Shown: positions 45,701 to 57,700 of the stretch, piece after piece
Position numbering within the stretch: position 1 is the stretch's first letter
How the letters are laid out: the number at the start of each line of letters is the position of its first letter
Assembly (NCBI GenBank): GCA_964016885.1
Contig: OZ024742.1
Span: forward strand, 324,570,001 to 324,634,000
DNA length: 64,000 nt
From: Eledone cirrhosa
Lineage: Eukaryota
Reading direction: 5' to 3'
Position numbers and translations under genes: made by a program
Notes under the pieces: model-generated
The model's input: only the letters and a program-made list of their open reading frames with translations
The model's database searches: none
What the model was told of the DNA's origin: nothing

Positions 45701-48700
45701 TGTTGGTCGTTGTGGTGTTGGTGGTTGTCGTGTTGGTGGTTGTGGTGTTGGTGGTTGTGGTGATGGTGGTGTGGTGTTGGTTGTTGTGGTGTTGGTGGTT
45801 GTGGTGTTGGTGGTTGTGGTGATGGTGGTTGTGATGTTGGTGGTTGTGGTGTTGGTAGTTGTGGTGTTGGTGGTTGTGGTGTTGGTGGTTGTGGTGTTGG
45901 TGGTTGTGGTGATGGTGTTTGTGATGTTGGTGGTTGTGGTGTTGGTAGTTGTGGTGTTGGTGGTTGTGGTGTTGGTGGTTGTGGTGTTGGTGGTTGTGGT
46001 GATGGTGGTTGTGATGTTGGTGGCTGTGGTGGTGGTGGGTGTGGTGTTGGTGGTTGTAGTGTTGGTGGTTGTGGTGTTGGTGGAAGTGGTGTTGGTGGGT
46101 GTGGTGTTGATGGGTGTGGTGTTGTGGTTGAGGTTGTGGTTGTTGTGGTTTCGGTGGAAGTGGTGTTGGTGGTTGAGGTGTTGGTGGTTGTGGTGTTGGT
46201 GGTTGTGGTGTTGGTGGTTGTGGTGTTGGTGGTTGTGGTGTTGGTGGTTGTGGTGTTGGTGGTTGTGGTGTTGGTGGAGGTGGTGTTGTTGGTTGTGGTG
46301 TTGGTGGTTGTGGTGTTGGTGGTTGTGGTGTTGGTGGTTGTGGTGTTGGTGGTTGTGGTGTTGGTGTTTGTGGTGTTGGTGGTTGTGGTGTTGGTGGTTG
46401 TGGTGTTGGTGGTTGTGGTGTTGGTGGTTGTGGTGATGGTGGTTGTGATGTTGGTGGTTGTGGTGTTGGTAGTTGTGGTGTTGGTGGTTGTGGTGTTGGT
46501 CGTTGTGGTGTTGGTGGTTGTGATGTTGGTGGTTGTGGTGTTGGTGGTTGTGGTGTTGTTGGTTGTGGTGATGGTGGTTGTGATGTTGGTGGTTGAGGTG
46601 GTGGTGGTTGTGGTGTTGGTGGTTGTGGCGTTGGTGGTTTTGGTGTTGGTGGTTGTGGCGTTGGTGGTTGTGGTGTTGGTGGTTGTGGTGATGGTGGTGT
46701 GGTGTTGGTGGTTGTGGTGTTGGTGGAAGTCTTGTTGTTGGTTGTGGTGTTGGTGGTTGTGGTGTTGGTGGTTGCGGTGTTGGTGGTTGTGGTGTTGGTG
46801 GTTGTGGTGTTGGTGGTTGTGGTGTTGGTGGAAGTGGTGTTGGTGGTTGTGGTGTTGGTGGTTGTGGTGTTGGTGGTTGTGGTGTTGGTGGTTGTGGTGT
46901 TGGTGGTTGTGGTGTTGGTGGTTGTGGTGATGGTGGTTGTGGTGTTGGTGGTTGTGGTGTTAGTGGAAGTGATGTTGTTGGTTGTGGTGTTGGTGGTTGT
47001 GGTGTTGGTGGTTGTGGTGTTGGTGGTTGTGGTGTTGGTGGTTGTGGTGTTGATGGTTGTGCTGTTGGTGGTTGTGGTGATGGTGGTTGTGATGTTGTTG
47101 GTTGTGGTGTTGTTGGTTGTGGTGTTGGTGGTTGTGGTGTTGGTGGTTGTGGTGTTGGTGGTTGTGGTTGTGGTGTTGGTGGTTGTGGTGTTGGTGGTTG
47201 TGGTGTTGGTGGTTGTGGTGTTGGTGGGTGTGGTGTTGGTGGTTTTGGTGCTGGTGGTTGTGGTGCTGGTGGTTGTGGTGATGTTGTTTGTGGTGTTGGT
47301 GGTTGTGGTGATGGTGGTTGTGGTATTGGTGGTTGTGGTGTTGGTGGAAGTGGTGTTGGTGGTTGTGGAGGATGGTGGTTGTGGTGTAGGTGGTTTTGGT
47401 GTTGGTGGTTGTGGTTTTGGTGGTTGTGGTGTTAGTGTTTGTGGTGTTGGTGGTTGTGGTGTTGGTGGTTGTGGTGTTGGTGGTTGTGGTGATGGTGGTT
47501 GTGGTGTTGGTGGTTGTGGTGTTGGTGGTTGTGGTGTTGGTGGAAGTGGTGTTGCAGGTTGTGGAGATGGTGGTAGTCGGGATGGTGGTTGTGGTGAGGG
47601 AGTTGGGGTTACGGTGGCAGTGGCGTTGGTGGAAGTGGTGTTGGTGGTTGTGATGTTGGTGGTTGTGATGTTGGTGGTTGTGGTGTTGGTGGTTGTGGTG
47701 ATGGTGGTTGTGGTGTTGATGGTTGTGGTGATGGTGGTTGTGGTGTTGGTTATTGTGGTGTTGGTGGTTGTGGTGTTGGTGGTTGTGGTGTTGGTGGTTG
47801 TGGTTATGGTGGTTGTGGTGTTGGTGGTTGTGGTGTAGGTGGTTGTGGTGATGGTGGTTGTGGTGTTGGTGGTTGTGGTGTTGGTGGTTGTGGTGTTGGT
47901 GGAGGTGGTGTTGGTGGTTGTGGTGTTGGTGGTTGTGGTGTTGGTGGTTGTGGTGTTGGTGGTTGTGGTGTTGGTGGTTGTGGTGTTGGTTGTTGTGGTG
48001 TTGGTGGTTGTGGTGTTGGTGGTTGTGGTGATGGTGGTTGTGATGTTGGTGGTTGTGGTGTTGGTAGTTGTGGTGTTGGTGGTTGTGGTGTTGGTGGTTG
48101 TGGTGTTGGTGGTTGTGGTGATGGTGGTTGTGATGTTGGTGGTTGTGGTGTTGGTAGTTGTGGTGTTGGTGGTTGTGGTGTTGGTGGTTGTGGTGTTGGT
48201 GGTTGTGGTGATGGTGGTTGTGATGTTGGTTGCTGTGGTGGTGGTGGGTGTGGTGTTGGTGGTTGTAGTGTTGGTGGTTGTGGTGTTGGTGGAAGTGGTG
48301 TTGGTGGGTGTGGTGTTGATCGGTGTGGTGTTGTGGTTGAGGTTGTGGTTGTTGTGGTTTCGGTGGAAGTGGTGTTGGTGGTTGTGGTGTTGGTGGTTGT
48401 GGTGTTGGTGGTTGTGGTGTTGGTGGTTGTGGTGTTGGTGGTTGTGGTGTTGGTGGTTGTGGTGTTGGTGGAGGTGGTGTTGTTGGTTGTGGTGTTGGTG
48501 GTTGTGGTGTTGGTGGTTGTGGTGTTGGTGGTTGTGGTGTTGGTGGTTGTGGTGTTGGTGGTTGTGGTGTTGGTCGTTGTGGTGTGGGTGGTTGTGGTGT
48601 TGGTGGTTGTGGTGTTGGTGGTTGTGGTGATGGTGGTTGTGATGTTGGTGGTTGTGGTGTTGGTAGTTGTGGTGTTGGTGGTTGTGGTGTTGGTCGTTGT

Positions 48701-51700
48701 GGTGTTGGTGGTTGTGATGTTGGTGGTTGTGGTGTTGGTGGTTGTGGTGTTGTTGGTTGTGGTGATGGTGGTTTGGATGTTGGTGGTTGAGGTGGTGGTG
48801 GTTGTGGTGTTGGTGGTTGTGGCTTTGGTGGTTGTGGTGTTGGTGGTTGTGGTGTTGGTGGTTGTGGTGTTGGTCGTTGTGGTGTTGGTGGTTGTCGTGT
48901 TGGTGGTTGTGGTGTTGGTGGTTGTGGTGATGGTGGTGTGGTGTTGGTGGTTGTGGTGTTGGTGGTTGTGGTGTTGGTGGTTGTGGTGTTGGTTGTTGTG
49001 GTGTTGGTGGTTGTGGTGTTGGTGGTTGTGGTGATGGTGGTTGTGATGTTGGTGGTTGTGGTGTTGGTAGTTGTGGTGTTGGTGGTTGTGGTGTTGGTGG
49101 TTGTGGTGTTGGTGGTTGTGGTGATGGTGTTTGTGATGTTGGTGGTTGTGGTGTTGGTAGTTGTGGTGTTGGTGGTTGTGGTGTTGGTGGTTGTGGTGTT
49201 GGTGGTTGTGGTGATGGTGGTTGTGATGTTGGTGGCTGTGGTGGTGGTGGGTGTGGTGTTGGTGGTTGTAGTGTTGGTGGTTGTGGTGTTGGTGGAAGTG
49301 GTGTTGGTGGGTGTGGTGTTGATGGGTGTGGTGTTGTGGTTGAGGTTGTGGTTGTTGTGGTTTCGGTGGAAGTGGTGTTGGTGGTTGTGGTGTTGGTGGT
49401 TGTGGTGTTGGTGGTTGTGGTGTTGGTGGTTGTGGTGTTGGTGGTTGTGGTGTTGGTGGTTGTGGTGTTGGTGGTTGTGGTGTTGGTGGAGGTGGTGTTG
49501 TTGGTTGTGGTGTTGGTGGTTGTGGTGTTGGTGGTTGTGGTGTTGGTGGTTGTGGTGTTGGTGGTTGTGGTGTTGGTGTTTGTGGTGTTGGTGGTTGTGG
49601 TGTTGGTGGTTGTGGTGTTGGTGGTTGTGGTGTTGGTGGTTGTGGTGATGGTGGTTGTGATGTTGGTGGTTGTGGTGTTGGTAGTTGTGGTGTTGGTGGT
49701 TGTGGTGTTGGTCGTTGTGGTGTTGGTGGTTGTGATGTTGGTGGTTGTGGTGTTGGTGGTTGTGGTGTTGTTGGTTGTGGTGATGGTGGTTGTGATGTTG
49801 GTGGTTGAGGTGGTGGTGGTTGTGGTGTTGGTGGTTGTGGCGTTGGTGGTTTTGGTGTTGGTGGTTGTGGCGTTGGTGGTTGTGGTGTTGGTGGTTGTGG
49901 TGATGGTGGTGTGGTGTTGGTGGTTGTGGTGTTGGTGGAAGTCTTGTTGTTGGTTGTGGTGTTGGTGGTTGTGGTGTTGGTGGTTGCGGTGTTGGTGGTT
50001 GTGGTGTTGGTGGTTGTGGTGTTGGTGGTTGTGGTGTTGGTGGAAGTGGTGTTGGTGGTTGTGGTGTTGGTGGTTGTGGTGTTGGTGGTTGTGGTGTTGG
50101 TGGTTGTGGTGTTGGTGGTTGTGGTGTTGGTAGTTGTGGTGATGGTGGTTGTGGTGTTGGTGGTTGTGGTGTTAGTGGAAGTGATGTTGTTGGTTGTGGT
50201 GTTGGTGGTTGTGGTGTTGGTGGTTGTGGTGTTGGTGGTTGTGGTGTTGGTGGTTGTGGTGTTGATGGTTGTGCTGTTGGTGGTTGTGGTGATGGTGGTT
50301 GTGATGTTGTTGGTTGTGGTGTTGTTGGTTGTGGTGTTGGTGGTTGTGGTGTTGGTGGTTGTGGTGTGGGTGGTTGTGGTTGTGGTGTTGGTGGTTGTGG
50401 TGTTGGTGGTTGTGGTGTTGGTGGTTGTGGTGTTGGTGGGTGTGGTGTTGGTGGTTTTGGTGCTGGTGGTTGTGGTGCTGGTGGTTGTGGTGATGTTGTT
50501 TGTGGTGTTGGTGGTTGTGGTGATGGTGGTTGTGGTATTGGTGGTTGTGGTGTTGGTGGAAGTGGTGTTGGTGGTTGTGGAGGATGGTGGTTGTGGTGTA
50601 GGTGGTTTTGGTGTTGGTGGTTGTGGTTTTGGTGGTTGTGGTGTTAGTGTTTGTGGTGTTGGTGGTTGTGGTGTTGGTGGTTGTGGTGTTGTTGGTTGTG
50701 GTGATGGTGGTTGTGGTGTTGGTGGTTGTGGTGTTGGTGGTTGTGGTGTTGGTGGAAGTGGTGTTGCAGGTTGTGGAGATGGTGGTAGTCGGGATGGTGG
50801 TTGTGGTGAGGGAGTTGGGGTTACGGTGGCAGTGGCGTTGGTGGAAGTGGTGTTGGTGGTTGTGATGTTGGTGGTTGTGATGTTGGTGGTTGTGGTGTTG
50901 GTGGTTGTGGTGATGGTGGTTGTGGTGTTGATGGTTGTGGTGATGGTGGTTGTGGTGTTGGTGGTTGCGGTGTTGGTGGTTGTGGTGTTGGTGGTTGTGG
51001 TGTTGGTGGTTGTGGTTATGGTGGTTGTGGTGTTGGTGGTTGTGGTGTAGGTGGTTGTGGTGATGGTGGTTGTGGTGTTGGTGGTTGTGGTGATGGTGGT
51101 TGTGGTGTTGGTGGTTGTGGTGTTGGTGGTTGTGGTGTTGGTGGTTGTGGTGTTGGTGGAGGTGGTGTTGGTGGTTGTGGTGTTGGTGGTTGTGGTGTTG
51201 GTGGTTGTGGTGATGGTGGTTGTGATGTTGGTGGTTGTGGTGTTGGTAGTTGTGGTGTTGGTGGTTGTGGTGTTGGTGGTTGTGGTGTTGGTGGTTGTGG
51301 TGATGGTGGTTGTGATGTTGTTGGTTGTGGTGTTGGTAGTTGTGGTGTTGGTGGTTGTGGTGTTGGTGGTTGTGGTGTTGGTGGTTGTGGTGATGGTGGT
51401 TGTGATGTTGGTGGCTGTGGTGGTGGTGGGTGTGGTGTTGGTGGTTGTAGTGTTAGTGGTTGTGGTGTTGGTGGAAGTGGTGTTGGTGGGTGTGGTGTTG
51501 ATGGGTGTGGTGTTGTGGTTGAGGTTGTGGTTGTTGTGGTTTCGGTGGAAGTGGTGTTGGTGGTTGTGGTGTTGGTGGTTGTGGTGTTGGTGGTTGTGGT
51601 GTTGGTGGTTGTGGTGTTGGTGGTTGTGGTGTTGGTGGTTGTGGTGTTGGTGGAGGTGGTGTTGTTGGTTGTGGTGTTGGTGGTTGTGGTGTTGGTGGTT

Positions 51701-54700
51701 GTGGTGTTGGTGGTTGTGGTGTTGGTGGTTGTGGTGTTGGTGGTTGTGGTGTTGGTGGTTGTGGTGTTGGTCGTTGTGGTGTTGGTGGTTGTGGTGTTGG
51801 TGGTTGTGGTGTTGGTGGTTGTGGTGATGGTGGTTGTGATGTTGGTGGTTGTGGTGTTGGTAGTTGTGGTGTTGGTGGTTGTGGTGTTGGTCGTTGTGGT
51901 GTTGGTGGTTGTGATGTTGGTGGTTGTGGTGTTGGTGGTTGTGGTGTTGTTGGTTGTGGTGATGGTGGTTGTGATGTTGGTGGTTGAGGTGGTGGTGGTT
52001 GTGGTGTTGGTGGTTGTGGCGTTGGTGGTTGTGGTGTTGGTGGTAGTGGTGTTGGTGGTTGTGGTGTTGGTCGTTGTGGTGTTGGTGGTTGTCGTGTTGG
52101 TGGTTGTGGTGTTGGTGGTTGTGGTGATGGTGGTGTGGTGTTGGTGGTTGTGGTGTTGGTGGAAGTGTTGTTGTTGGTTGTGGTGTTGGTGGTTGTGGTG
52201 TTGGTTGTCGTGGCGTTGGTGGTTGTGGCGTTGGTGGTTGTGGTGTTGGTGGTTGTGGTGTTGGTGGTTGTGGTGTTGGTGGTTTTGGTGTTGGTGGTGG
52301 TGGTGTTGATGGTTCTGGTGTTGGTGTTTGTGGTGTTGGTGGTTGTGGTGTTGGTGGTTGTGTTGTTGGTGGAAGTGGTGTTGGTGGTTGTGGTGTTGGT
52401 GGTTGTGGTGTTGGTGGTTGTGGTGTTGGTGGTTTTGGTGTTGGTGGTTGTGGTGTTTGTGGTTGTGGTGATGGTGGTTGTGGTGTTGGTGGTTGTGGTG
52501 TTGGTGGTTGTGGTGCTGGTGGTTGTGGTGTTGGTGGTTGTGGTGTTGGTGGTTGTGGTGTTGGTGGTTGTGGTGTTGGGGGGTGTGGTGTTGGTGGTTG
52601 TGGTGCTGGTGGTTGTGGTGCTGGTGGTTGTGGTGATGTTGTTTGTGGTGTTGGTGGTTGTGGTGATGGTGGTTGTGGTATTGGTGGTTGTGGTGTTGGT
52701 GGAAGTGGTGTTGGTGGTTGTGGAGGATGGTGGTTGTGGTGTAGGTGGTTGTGGTGTTGGTGGTTGTGGTTTTGGTGGTTGTGGTGTTGGTGTTTGTGGT
52801 GTTGGTGGTTGTGGTTTTGGTGGTTGTGGTGTTGGTGGTTGTGGTGTTGGTGGTTGTGGTGTTGGTGGTTGTGCTGTTGGTGATTGTGGTGTTGGTGGTT
52901 GTGGTGTAGGTGGTTGTGGTGATGGTGGTTGTGGTGTTGGTGGTTGTGGTGTTGGTGGTTGTGGTGTTGGTAGTTGTGGTGTTGGTCATTGTGGTGTTGG
53001 TGGTTGTGGTGTTGGTGGTTGTGGTGATGGTGGTTGTGGTGTTGGTGGTTGTGGTGTTGGTGGTTGTGGTGCTGGTGGTTGTGGTGTTGGTGGTTGTGGT
53101 GTTGGTGGTTGTGGTGTTGGTGGTTGTGGTGTTGGGGGGTGTGGTGTTGGTGGTTGTGGTGTTGGTGGTTGTGGTGTTGGTGGTTGTGGTGTTGGTGGTT
53201 GTGGTGTTGGTCGTTGTGGTGTTGGTGGTTGTGGTGTTGGTGGTTGTGGTGTTGGTGGTTGTGGTGATGGTGGTTGTGATGTTGGTGGTTGTGGTGTTGG
53301 TAGTTGTGGTGTTGGTGGTTGTGGTGTTGGTCGTTGTGGTGTTGGTGGTTGTGATGTTGGTGGTTGTGGTGTTGGTGGTTGTGGTGTTGTTGGTTGTGGT
53401 GATGGTGGTTGTGATGTTGGTGGTTGAGGTGGTGGTGGTTGTGGTGTTGGTGGTTGTGGCGTTGGTGGTTGTGGTGTTGGTGGTTGTGGTGTTGGTGGTT
53501 GTGGTGTTGGTCGTTGTGGTGTTGGTGGTTGTCGTGTTGGTGGTTGTGGTGTTGGTGGTTGTGGTGATGGTGGTGTGGTGTTGGTGGTTGTGGTGTTGGT
53601 GGAAGTGTTGTTGTTGGTTGTGGTGTGGTGGTTGTGGTGTTGGTTGTCGTGGCGTTGGTGGTTGTGGCGTTGGTGGTTGTGGTGTTGGTGGTTGTGGTGT
53701 TGGTGGTTGTGGTGTTGGTGGTTTTGGTGTTGGTGGTGGTGGTGTTGATGGTTCTGGTGTTGGTGTTTGTGGTGTTGGTGGTTGTGGTGTTGGTGGTTGT
53801 GTTGTTGGTGGAAGTGGTGTTGGTGGTTGTGGTGTTGGTGGTTGTGGTGTTGGTGGTTGTGGTGTTGGTGGTTTTGGTGTTGGTGGTTGTGGTGTTTGTG
53901 GTTGTGGTGATGGTGGTTGTGGTGTTGGTGGTTGTGGTGTTGGTGGTTGTGGTGCTGGTGGTTGTGGTGTTGGTGGTTGTGGTGTTGGTGGTTGTGGTGT
54001 TGGTGGTTGTGGTGTTGGGGGGTGTGGTGTTGGTGGTTGTGGTGCTGGTGGTTGTGGTGCTGGTGGTTGTGGTGATGTTGTTTGTGGTGTTGGTGGTTGT
54101 GGTGATGGTGGTTGTGGTATTGGTGGTTGTGGTGTTGGTGGAAGTGGTGTTGGTGGTTGTGGAGGATGGTGGTTGTGGTGTAGGTGGTTGTGGTGTTGGT
54201 GGTTGTGGTTTTGGTGGTTGTGGTGTTGGTGTTTGTGGTGTTGGTGGTTGTGGTTTTGGTGGTTGTGGTGTTGGTGGTTGTGGTGTTGGTGGTTGTGGTG
54301 TTGGTGGTTGTGCTGTTGGTGATTGTGGTGTTGGTGGTTGTGGTGTAGGTGGTTGTGGTGATGGTGGTTGTGGTGTTGGTGGTTGTGGTGTTGGTGGTTG
54401 TGGTGTTGGTAGTTGTGGTGTTGGTCATTGTGGTGTTGGTGGTTGTGGTGTTGGTGGTTGTGGTGATGGTGGTTGTGGTGATGGTGGTTGTGGTGTTGGT
54501 GGTTGTGGTGCTGGTGGTTGTGGTGTTGGTGGTTGTGGTGTTGGTGGTTGTGGTGTTGGTGGTTGTGGTGTTGGGGGGTGTGGTGATGGTGGTTGTGGTG
54601 TTGGTGGTTGTGGTGCTGGTGGTTGTCGTGATGGTGGTTCTGGTGTTGGTGGTTGTGGTGTTGGTGGTTGTGGTGATGGTGGTTGAGGTGTTGGAGGTTG

Positions 54701-57700
54701 TGGTGTTGGTGGTTGTGGTGTTGGTGGTTGTCGTGTTGGTGGTTGTGGTGATGGTGGTTGTGGTGTTGGTGGTTGTGGTGTTGGTGGTTGTGGTGTTGGT
54801 GGTTATGGTGTTGGTGGTTGTGGTGTTGGTGGTTGTGGTGCTGGTGGTTGTGGTGTTGGTGGTTGTGGTGTTGGTGGTTGTGGTGTTGTTGGGTGTGGTG
54901 TTGGTGGTTGTGGTGTTGGTGGTTGTGGTGATGGTGTTTGTGATGTTGGTTGTGGTGATGGTGGTTGTGGTGTTGGTGGGGGTGGTGTTGATGGTTCTGG
55001 TGTTGGTGGTTGTGGTGTTGGTGGTTGTGGTGTTGGTGGTCGTGTTGTTGGTGGAAGTGGTGTTGGTGGTTGTGGTGTTGGTGGTTGTGGTGTTGGTGGT
55101 TGTGGTGTTGGTGGTTTTGGTGTTGGTGGTTGTGGTGTTTGTGGTTGTGGTGATGGTGGTTGTGGTGTTGGTGGTTGTGGTGTTGGTGGTTGTGGTGCTG
55201 GTGGTTGTGGTGTTGGTGGTTGTGGTGTTGGTGGTTGTGGTGTTGGTGGTTGTGGTGTTGGTGGGTGTGGTGTTGGTGGTTGTGGTGCTGGTGGTTGTGG
55301 TGCTGGTGGTTGTGGTGATGTTGTTTGTGGTGTTGGTGGTTGTGGTGATGGTGGTTGTGGTATTGGTGGTTGTGGTGTTGGTGGAAGTGGTGTTGGTGGT
55401 TGTGGAGGATGGTGGTTGTGGTGTAGGTGGTTGTGGTGTTGGTGGTTGTGGTTTTGGTGGTTGTGGTGTTGGTGTTTGTGGTGTTGGTGGTTGTGGTGTT
55501 GGTGGTTGTGGTGTTGGTGGTTGTGGTGATGGTGGTTGTGGTGTTGGTGGTTGTGGTGTTGGTGGTTGTGGTGTTGGTGGAAGTGGTGTTGCAGGTTGTG
55601 GAGATGGTGGTAGTCGGGATGGTGGTTGTGGTGAGGGAGTTGGGGTTACGGTGGCAGTGGCGTTGGTGGAAGTGGTGTTGGTGGTTGTGATGTTGGTGGT
55701 TGTGATGTTGGTGGTTGTGGTGTTGGTGGTTGTGGTGATGGTGGTTGAGGTGTTGATGGTTGTGGTGTTGGTGGTTGTGGTGTTGGTGGTTGTGGTGTTG
55801 GTGGTTGTGGTGTTGGTGGTTGTGGTGTTGGTGGTTGTGGTTATGGTGGTTGTGGTGTTGGTGGTTGTGGTATAGGTGGTTGTGGTGATGGTGGTTGTGG
55901 TGTTGGTGGTTGTGGTGTTGGTGGTTGTGGTGTTGGTGGTTGTGGTGTTGGTAGTTGTGGTGTTGGTGGTTGTGGTGATGGTGGTTGTGGTGTTGTTGGA
56001 AGTGTCGTTGTTGGTTGTGGTGTTGGTGTTTGTGGTGTTGGTGGTTGTGGTGATGGTGGTTGTGGTGTTGGTTGTTTGTGGTGTTGGTGGTTGTGGTGTT
56101 GGTGGTTGTGGTGTTGGTGGAGGTGGTGTTGGTGGTTGTGGTGTTGGTGGTTGTGGTGTTGGTGGTTGTGGTGTTGGTGGTTGTGGTGTTGGTGGTTGTG
56201 GTGTTGGTTGTTGTGGTGTTGGTGGTTGTGGTGTTGGTGGTTGTGGTGATGGTGGTTGTGATGTTGGTGGTTGTGGTGTTGGTAGTTGTGGTGTTGGTGG
56301 TTGTGGTGTTGGTGGTTGTGGTGTTGGTGGTTGTGGTGATGGTGGTTGTGATGTTGGTGGTTGTGGTGTTGGTAGTTGTGGTGTTGGTGGTTGTGGTGTT
56401 GGTGGTTGTGGTGTTGGTGGTTGTGGTGATGGTGGTTGTGATGTTGGTTGCTGTGGTGGTGGTGGGTGTGGTGTTGGTGGTTGTAGTGTTGGTGGTTGTG
56501 GTGTTGGTGGAAGTGGTGTTGGTGGGTGTGGTGTTGATGGGTGTGGTGTTGTGGTTGAGGTTGTGGTTGTTGTGGTTTCGGTGGAAGTGGTGTTGGTGGC
56601 TGTGGTGTTGGTGGTTGTGGTGTTGGTGGTTGTGGTGTTGGTGGTTGTGGTGTTGGTGGTTGTGGTGTTGGTGGTTGTGGTGTTGGTGGTTGTGGTGTTG
56701 GTGGAGGTGGTGTTGTTGGTTGTGGTGTTGGTGGTTGTGGTGTTGGTGGTTGTGGTGTTGGTGGTTGTGGTGTTGGTGGTTGTGGTGTTGGTGGTTGTGG
56801 TGTTGGTCGTTGTGGTGTGGGTGGTTATGGTGTTGGTGGTTGTGGTGTTGGTGGTTGTGGTGATGGTGGTTGTGATGTTGGTGGTTGTGGTGTTGGTAGT
56901 TGTGGTGTTGGTGGTTGTGGTGTTGGTCGTTGTGGCGTTGGTGGTTGTGATGTTGGTGGTTGTGGTGTTGGTGGTTGTGGTGTTGTTGGTTGTGGTGATG
57001 GTGGTTGTGATGTTGGTGGTTGAGGTGGTGGTGGTTGTGGTGTTGGTGGTTGTGGCGTTGGTGGTTGTGGTGTTGGTGGTTGTGGTGTTGGTGGTTGTGG
57101 TGTTGGTCGTTGTGGTGTTGGTGGTTGTCGTGTTGGTGGTTGTGGTGTTGGTGGTTGTGGTGATGGTGGTGTGGTGTTGGTGGTTGTGGTGTTGGTGGTT
57201 GTTGTGTTGGTGGTTGTGGTGTTGGTTGTTGTGGTGTTGGTGGTTGTGGTGTTGGTGGTTGTGGTGATGGTGGTTGTGATGTTGGTGGTTGTGGTGTTGG
57301 TAGTTGTGGTGTTGGTGGTTGTGGTGTTGGTGGTTGTGGTGTTGGTGGTTGTGGTGATGGTGGTTGTGATGTTGGTTGCTGTGGTGGTGGTGGGTGTGGT
57401 GTTGGTGGTTGTAGTGTTGGTGGTTGTGGTGTTGGTGGAAGTGGTGTTGGTGGGTGTGGTGTTGATGGGTGTGGTGTTGTGGTTTAGGTTGTGGTTGTTG
57501 TGGTTTCGGTGGAAGTGGTGTTGGTGGCTGTGGTGTTGGTGGTTGTGGTGTTGGTGGTTGTGGTGTTGGTGGTTGTGGTGTTGGTGGTTGTGGTGTTGGT
57601 GGTTGTGGTGTTGGTGGTTGTGGTGTTGGTGGAGGTGGTGTTGTTGGTTGTGGTGTTGGTGGTTGTGGTGTTGGTGGTTGTGGTGTTGGTGGTTGTGGTG